NCBI GenBank assembly: GCA_030612305.1
Contig: JAUWOG010000001.1
Span: forward strand, 1 to 28,645
Reading direction: 5' to 3'
Source: Armatimonadota bacterium
GTDB taxonomy: Bacteria > Armatimonadota > Zipacnadia > Zipacnadales > UBA11051
Length of the DNA: 28,645 nt
The position numbers and the translations under genes are program-made. Under the pieces are notes generated by a model that saw nothing but the letters and a program-made list of their open reading frames with translations, had not been told where the DNA came from and ran no database searches. Positions 23,326 through 28,645 of the stretch are shown here, piece after piece (the stretch's first letter is position 1; each line of letters begins with the position of its first letter).

Positions 23326-26300
23326 ATGGCTCCGCCCGACAATCCAAGTGAACTACAAGCCCCGCTAGATCTCGCCAGCGACAGGTTCAGACTTGCGCCG
23401 AGGCAACAGCGATTGTATGAGATGCTGGCAGATAAAGATTCTCGCCTGGCGAACCATTACTTCGGTGCCGCCATGGTACTAAAGGACAGATCAAATCCCG
23501 CTGGGCCATATATGGCTGCATACATCGGCCGCGACATACTCGGCCAACTTGGTCGCTACCTGCGGCTCGAGGTTCCAGGAGCAAGCGGCCCAACGCATAT
23601 TCGCCTCTCGCACAAGGGGTTCCCGGATCACTCCGCGGCACCAAGTTGGTACCGCATGCGTGATATGGTATTGAACTTAGCGCCCGCCACCACGGATATC
23701 CAGCAATTGTTGAAGACGTTGGAGAACACCCTCTACGTTGAGAGCGAAGCCCGCGCGAAGAAAAAAGACCAAGTTGCTGTCGTCTTGGGCAGTTCGCCTG
23801 ACGATCCCGCTGCAAAACAGTGGGTCGAGATCGGGAATGAGTTGTCATCGATCGCGCATCTGCGCGATCCCGACCAGGACTGGCCGACGATCGGCGAAGC
23901 GCGCTTGTCGTTCTCAAGGATGGAGGATGCCCTGATAGCGCGACTCGCGCCGTACTACGAGGGTATCGCTGCCATCGACAGGCTCCTTGAGGTACACAAG
24001 CCGACGGCAGAACACATCCAAGACCTCACGCTCGCAGCCGCAACGCGAGATGACAGAGAGTACTTCTTCAACAAGCTCGGCAACCCGGATTGGCTGCCAC
24101 TCTTGCATGAGGAGCGGTTCTTCGGGCACCCACCCCCAGCTATCCACAACGAGGAAGACAATACTATTGCATACGATATCTGGCCCGAGAGCCAATGTCT
24201 CGCGCGTCTCGCCGGGGATGCACCTGATATTGTCTTCCCCATCATCAAAGTTCTAATCGAGGAGAAAGCCATAGACAACGGACGCATATTGGGTGATTTC
24301 ATAGATGCGGCTGTGGCAATGCCTCCACAGTACGCTGCACAGATCGCGGCGCACGTTCCCAACTGGCTCAAGGACCCCCAGCCTTTCTTCTTCGGCCGCA
24401 AACTCGGGGGCCTGATCAGTAAGCTGGCAAATGAAGGCGAACCGCAGGCCGCGTTAGACTTGGCTGAGATTGTACTGCAACTGCACGGACCCCAACCGAC
24501 GACGCCAGCAACCACCCAACAAGCCCATGATAGGCCTGCTCCTGTGGGCCGAATCGACCCACATGCCTATGAGGCCCTCCTCGATGACCACTATCCGGAT
24601 GTTGTAGATGCCTGCGGGATGTCAGCGCTGGAAGTGCTATGCAGTCACCTTGAGCAGGCATTGAAGATAGAGGGGCGCGACCAAGATCCCCCCAACGACT
24701 TGTCCTACATCTGGCGGCCTGCCATCGAGGAGCATCCACAGAACCTTAAGCATTCCATCAAGGATCATCTCGTTGATGCGGTGCGGGATGCAGCTAAGCA
24801 GATCATTCGGGTAAAGCCTGCGCAGGCCGCCGCCGTACTGGACTATTTGCACGATGGGCCTTTCAATATCTTCCGTCGAATAGAGCTTCATATCCTGGCT
24901 GAGAGCCCGGACACAGATCCAGACCGCGCGGCCCAAAGGCTTTGTGACCGCTCCCTCTTCGATAATAAGCAGGTACGCCACGAATACTACATGCTCTCCC
25001 AGGCGTTCTTCGGCACACTAAGCGAGGACGACAAGCAGACCATACTCGTATGGATTGCTGCCGGGGACCCGGATAGCGAGTGGAGCAAGGAGTGGTATAA
25101 AGAGGGAACCGGAGAGGTTCCCAGCGAGGAGTTGGTTGAGCAATGGCAAGCCGACTGGAGGCTCGCACGACTACACCCCATGCGCGAGTTACTATCTTCA
25201 GATTGGCACCAGCGCTACGACCAATGGGTAGCTGAATACGGAGACCCGGACCATCCCGAGCTCCTACACTATAGGATCACATTTCGCGGCCCTACTAGCC
25301 CTAAGAACAAGGTCGAGCTACTGGCGATGACGCCGGATGAGGTTATTGCCTTCCTTGCCAGCTACACCCTCGATTCTGATGAGCACATGGGACCTTCGCC
25401 AGAGGGACTGGGCCGCGAATTGGCGGCGGCTGTGAAGGATGACCCCGCCAGCTTTGCAGAACATGCCCTGGGTTTCCGTGACCTCAACCCCACCTATGTA
25501 AGGTCCCTCCTCAGCGGCCTCCAGGATGCGTGTAAGGAAGAGAAAGCTTTCTCCTGGGAGCCCGTGCTTGAGCTCTGTCACGATGTAGCCGCAATACCCT
25601 CGCCTGAGAAAGAGGCCGACGGCCACCCTGATGAGGATCCCGATTGGACATGGTGTCAGGGCCAGATCCCTACCCTCCTGCAAGCAGGCTTCAACCAGGG
25701 AGACAGCGAGATACCCTTTGAGTATCGGGAGCAGGTTTGGGAGTGCCTGGAGCCGTTGACCCGGCACATAGAGCCGACCCCTGAATACGAAGCCCGCTAT
25801 GGCGACGATAACATGGATCCGCCAGCCCTCGCTATCAACACTGTGAGGGGCAAGACGCTGCAGGCCGTGCTCTGGTACGGCGTATGGTGTGCCCGTTATC
25901 TAGACCCAGACCATGAACGGCGGCTGGCGTCTGCCCTGCTTCAGGAGGAACTCCCTGAGGTGCGCGAGGTCCTCAACGAGCACCTGGAGTTCGCGACAGA
26001 ACCATCGCTCGCAGTGCATTCGCTCTATGGCATGCACTTCCGACTGCTGCTGTGGCTGGACCGTCGCTGGACTGAAGAGAATATGGACCAAATATTCCCC
26101 AAGAGTCCCGAGCGCTCAGACAAGCGACAAGCCGCGTGGGAAGCGTATATTAGCTTCAACCGCGTCTATTCCGATATCGCAATAATGCTCCATGACGAAT
26201 ACCAATTCGCATTGGGCGTAGCCGAGCAGCGTGTTGTCCAAGGATTAGATCCCTCTGACGCAGACAACAAGCTCGTTGAGCGCATAATGGTGCTTTACTT

Positions 26301-26901
26301 AGTCGGACAGCAAGAGATCAACGGCGAGCTCGTGTCGCGCGTTTTCCAGAATCTGTCCGAGAAACTGCGTGCCCACGCCGTGCAGCTTGTTGGCAGGTTC
26401 TTTGGCGACGTCGGCTCCACCATTCCCAAGGATCAGGAGTATCAGTTGGAGCGCGTGCTCGCGCTATGGGAATGGCGACTAGAGCAACTAGGTGACAGAC
26501 AGGAGGACCCCAACGCCCAGGAGGAATTGGAGGCGTTCGGCTGGGTGTTCACGATACATGTACTGGCCCCGAAGCGTTCATTGGACTTGATGCTGCGCAC
26601 ATTGACGATGACTTCTGGCAAGACGGAATGGGATAATGGCGTGGTAGAGAGACTTGTCCATATGGCAGACAAGTACCCTCTGTCAGCAGTCAAGATTCTC
26701 TACATGATGGTGGCGCGGGACGTAGACGGGTCGGATCTCTGGGCTGCTTACTTCGACGGCCGCCCCTTACTGGAAGCGGCCTTGAAATCCGGAAATGATG
26801 AAGCCAAAGAAGTAGCATGTCGGTGCATCAACGAGCTTGGCAAGAAGGGCATTCACGAATTCCGTGGCCTGTACGAGTTCTACTGCAAGGCAGAGGCATA
26901 G
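23326..26901 (+). CDS. 1191-aa hypothetical protein: putative HEPN-like N-terminal domain plus long alpha-helical repeat region (defence candidate)
   Basis: Long uninterrupted ORF, RBS GGGGAGGG before ATG 23326, and lower GC (29/60 in 23401-23460 versus 39/60 in 301-360). Trp-rich helical motifs include EYFFNKLGNPDWL, IWPESQCLARLA and AINTVRG. No signal peptide or P-loop seen. Confidence 0.8.
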   Translation: MAPPDNPSELQAPLDLASDRFRLAPRQQRLYEMLADKDSRLANHYFGAAMVLKDRSNPAGPYMAAYIGRDILGQLGRYLRLEVPGASGPTHIRLSHKGFPDHSAAPSWYRMRDMVLNLAPATTDIQQLLKTLENTLYVESEARAKKKDQVAVVLGSSPDDPAAKQWVEIGNELSSIAHLRDPDQDWPTIGEARLSFSRMEDALIARLAPYYEGIAAIDRLLEVHKPTAEHIQDLTLAAATRDDREYFFNKLGNPDWLPLLHEERFFGHPPPAIHNEEDNTIAYDIWPESQCLARLAGDAPDIVFPIIKVLIEEKAIDNGRILGDFIDAAVAMPPQYAAQIAAHVPNWLKDPQPFFFGRKLGGLISKLANEGEPQAALDLAEIVLQLHGPQPTTPATTQQAHDRPAPVGRIDPHAYEALLDDHYPDVVDACGMSALEVLCSHLEQALKIEGRDQDPPNDLSYIWRPAIEEHPQNLKHSIKDHLVDAVRDAAKQIIRVKPAQAAAVLDYLHDGPFNIFRRIELHILAESPDTDPDRAAQRLCDRSLFDNKQVRHEYYMLSQAFFGTLSEDDKQTILVWIAAGDPDSEWSKEWYKEGTGEVPSEELVEQWQADWRLARLHPMRELLSSDWHQRYDQWVAEYGDPDHPELLHYRITFRGPTSPKNKVELLAMTPDEVIAFLASYTLDSDEHMGPSPEGLGRELAAAVKDDPASFAEHALGFRDLNPTYVRSLLSGLQDACKEEKAFSWEPVLELCHDVAAIPSPEKEADGHPDEDPDWTWCQGQIPTLLQAGFNQGDSEIPFEYREQVWECLEPLTRHIEPTPEYEARYGDDNMDPPALAINTVRGKTLQAVLWYGVWCARYLDPDHERRLASALLQEELPEVREVLNEHLEFATEPSLAVHSLYGMHFRLLLWLDRRWTEENMDQIFPKSPERSDKRQAAWEAYISFNRVYSDIAIMLHDEYQFALGVAEQRVVQGLDPSDADNKLVERIMVLYLVGQQEINGELVSRVFQNLSEKLRAHAVQLVGRFFGDVGSTIPKDQEYQLERVLALWEWRLEQLGDRQEDPNAQEELEAFGWVFTIHVLAPKRSLDLMLRTLTMTSGKTEWDNGVVERLVHMADKYPLSAVKILYMMVARDVDGSDLWAAYFDGRPLLEAALKSGNDEAKEVACRCINELGKKGIHEFRGLYEFYCKAEA

Positions 26902-26944
26902 CCACAGCCTCCGCCATGTTCCACACTAGGGGAGGCGACCGTTC

Positions 26945-28645
26945 ATGCGCATCATCGCCGTTGGTTTGGTACTTGTGGGGTTATCTCTGCTGAGGGCCCA
27001 TGCTGATGGGCAGTACCAGTTCGAGAAGCTCGGCATTCCGTGTACGATCAAGGAACTCTCCTTCCGGCTTGTCACCCAGGACCCCGACGGCTACTACATC
27101 GCCTGGACGCGATACGAGGGGCCGCTGAGGCGCGCGCTGCTCGGCGTCCGCATTGATACCGGCGAGATGATATGGGTGGATGTAGGCAAGTACGGCTTCA
27201 CTCACTTAGTGCCGGTCGTCGGCCGCGATGGCAATATCTACATCTACGCCGGCAACCCCGCTCATTTCCTCAAGTACGACATTACCACGCGCGAGCTTGT
27301 GGACCTCGGCTGCCCGGCGAAGCCCGCCCACTATTTTGGCGGCGGCGCGCTGGGCCCTGACGGCAAGTTCTACATGGGCAGCTACCCAGCGACCCACCTG
27401 GTACGCTGCGACACCAATACCGGGGAGATCGAGAGCCTTGGCCGCATCGCGGAGGACCCGCTGGAGTGCTACATCTGGCCCAGCCTCGTCATCAGCGACG
27501 ACGGCGTCGTCTATTGCCCGGTCGGGCACCATCACGCGGAGCTATGGGCCTACGATACGAAGACTGACACCAAGCAGCAGATTCTGCCCGAGGCGTTGAC
27601 CGAGGCGCAGGGCTGCCCTACTGTCTGGCTCGGCAAAGACGGCCAGGTCTATGGCAAGGCTGGAAGCACCAGCTTCCTCTGCCGGCCCGACCGCATCGTC
27701 ACTGACGCCGAAATCCTCGGCATATCCTACCATCGGAGGCTGCCGATGACGGCCGGCGACAAGCAAGTCGGCGCCATCAACGCTGAGGGCAAGCTGGCCC
27801 TCACCGATGTCAAGACCGGCGAAGAGACGTTCCTGCAGACTGATTACGAGGGCAAGCCGTTGAAGATATACTGTGCCGGTCCGGAGCGTGATGGGAAGAT
27901 CTGGGGCGGGACGCTTTTCCCTTCCATGAGCTTCTCCTACGATATAGCCGCCGGCGAGTTGACCGACTACGGGCGCATTGCTACCGGCGCGTGCCAGGTC
28001 TATGACATCATCAACCTGCCCCAGGGGCTGCTCATGGGCAGTTACACCGGCGCGTATATGGACCTGTGGGACCCCGAAAAGCCGCTGGAAAAGGGCGTCA
28101 ATCCCTACCGCTTTCAGCGCAATCCGACCCAGGAGCGCCCCGTGCAGTGGGCGGCGGGGCCAGATGGCTGCGCTTACACGGGCACCGTCCCCATCAAGGG
28201 CCGCCTTGGCGGGGCGCTGGCGAAGGTCAATCCGCAGGATAAGTCCGTCACGTGGTTTGTCAACATCGTGGAGAGCCAGAGCATTATGTACTGCGCGCCG
28301 GTGGCGGCGACCGGGGAGCTGATTTGCGGGAGCTCGATCCAGGGCGGCTCGAGTGCAAAGCCCACGGAGAAGGAGGCATACGTTTTCCTGTGGGATTGTG
28401 CGGAAGAAGAAATCACGCATCTGGCGCAACCCGTGGCCGGGACGAGGGGTTACGGCCGGCTGGTGAGCGCCAGAAACGGTATCGTCTATGGCCTGGCAGG
28501 GGCGCAGTACTACGCCTTCGATCCGGTGAAGCGTGAAACTATCTTCGTCGGCGATCTGCCTGTCAAGGGGACATATTTCCCGAGCTTGAGCGATGAGCCG
28601 GTGGGGGAGAAGGGCCTCATCTATGGCCTCGGCGAGGATGCGGTA
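26945..28645 (+). CDS. Secreted beta-propeller repeat protein, 3' end truncated by the window edge
   Basis: ATG 26945 with RBS GGAGG and signal peptide MRIIAVGLVLVGLSLLRAHA. Repeated G-x-D-G-x-x-Y-x-G blades (GRDGNIYIY, GPDGKFYMG, GKDGQVYG, RDGKIWGG). Spot checks of the frame at the start, middle and end show no stop. Absent from the ORF track. Confidence 0.85.
   Translation, partial: MRIIAVGLVLVGLSLLRAHADGQYQFEKLGIPCTIKELSFRLVTQDPDGYYIAWTRYEGPLRRALLGVRIDTGEMIWVDVGKYGFTHLVPVVGRDGNIYIYAGNPAHFLKYDITTRELVDLGCPAKPAHYFGGGALGPDGKFYMGSYPATHLVRCDTNTGEIESLGRIAEDPLECYIWPSLVISDDGVVYCPVGHHHAELWAYDTKTDTKQQILPEALTEAQGCPTVWLGKDGQVYGKAGSTSFLCRPDRIVTDAEILGISYHRRLPMTAGDKQVGAINAEGKLALTDVKTGEETFLQTDYEGKPLKIYCAGPERDGKIWGGTLFPSMSFSYDIAAGELTDYGRIATGACQVYDIINLPQGLLMGSYTGAYMDLWDPEKPLEKGVNPYRFQRNPTQERPVQWAAGPDGCAYTGTVPIKGRLGGALAKVNPQDKSVTWFVNIVESQSIMYCAPVAATGELICGSSIQGGSSAKPTEKEAYVFLWDCAEEEITHLAQPVAGTRGYGRLVSARNGIVYGLAGAQYYAFDPVKRETIFVGDLPVKGTYFPSLSDEPVGEKGLIYGLGEDAV

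Noticed and set aside
25825-25860. NTVRGKT as a Walker A motif in the 1191-aa protein
   Set aside because: It lacks the GxxxxGK[ST] glycine pattern and has no preceding beta-strand or Walker B context.

Overview
High-GC bacterial DNA with no rRNA, tRNA or CRISPR. The taxon cannot be determined from the window; the gene content would fit a group such as Armatimonadota, but that is a guess. The core is a plasmid/chromid-type replication-partition-addiction cassette at about 7.3-12.4 kb. It contains a PemK/MazF toxin with an HTH-fused antitoxin, a RepA-type initiator whose C-terminus resembles DnaA domain I, a helically phased iteron-like array, and ParA with an RHH-type partner and upstream centromere-like repeats. 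This cassette sits inside a split, rearranged flagellar/chemotaxis regulon. fliJ starts at the left edge on the minus strand and is missed by the ORF track. cheY-cheX-fliG-fliM run leftward; rpoN and flgB-flgC-fliE-fliF-(2TM orf)-fliH-fliI run rightward. The regulatory code is readable directly: three consensus sigma54 promoters and two sigma28-type promoters of identical geometry. Cargo includes a heparinase II/III-like lyase, an amidohydrolase, a SIMPL protein, an orphan DNA methyltransferase, a secreted beta-propeller protein, and a REP-like hairpin/purine-tract element. Two candidate anti-phage modules are present: a ThsB-like TIR with a 3-TM protein and no ThsA, and a 1191-aa protein with a putative HEPN-like N-terminus and a helical-repeat body. 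All family assignments come from motif recognition by eye; no database searches were run.
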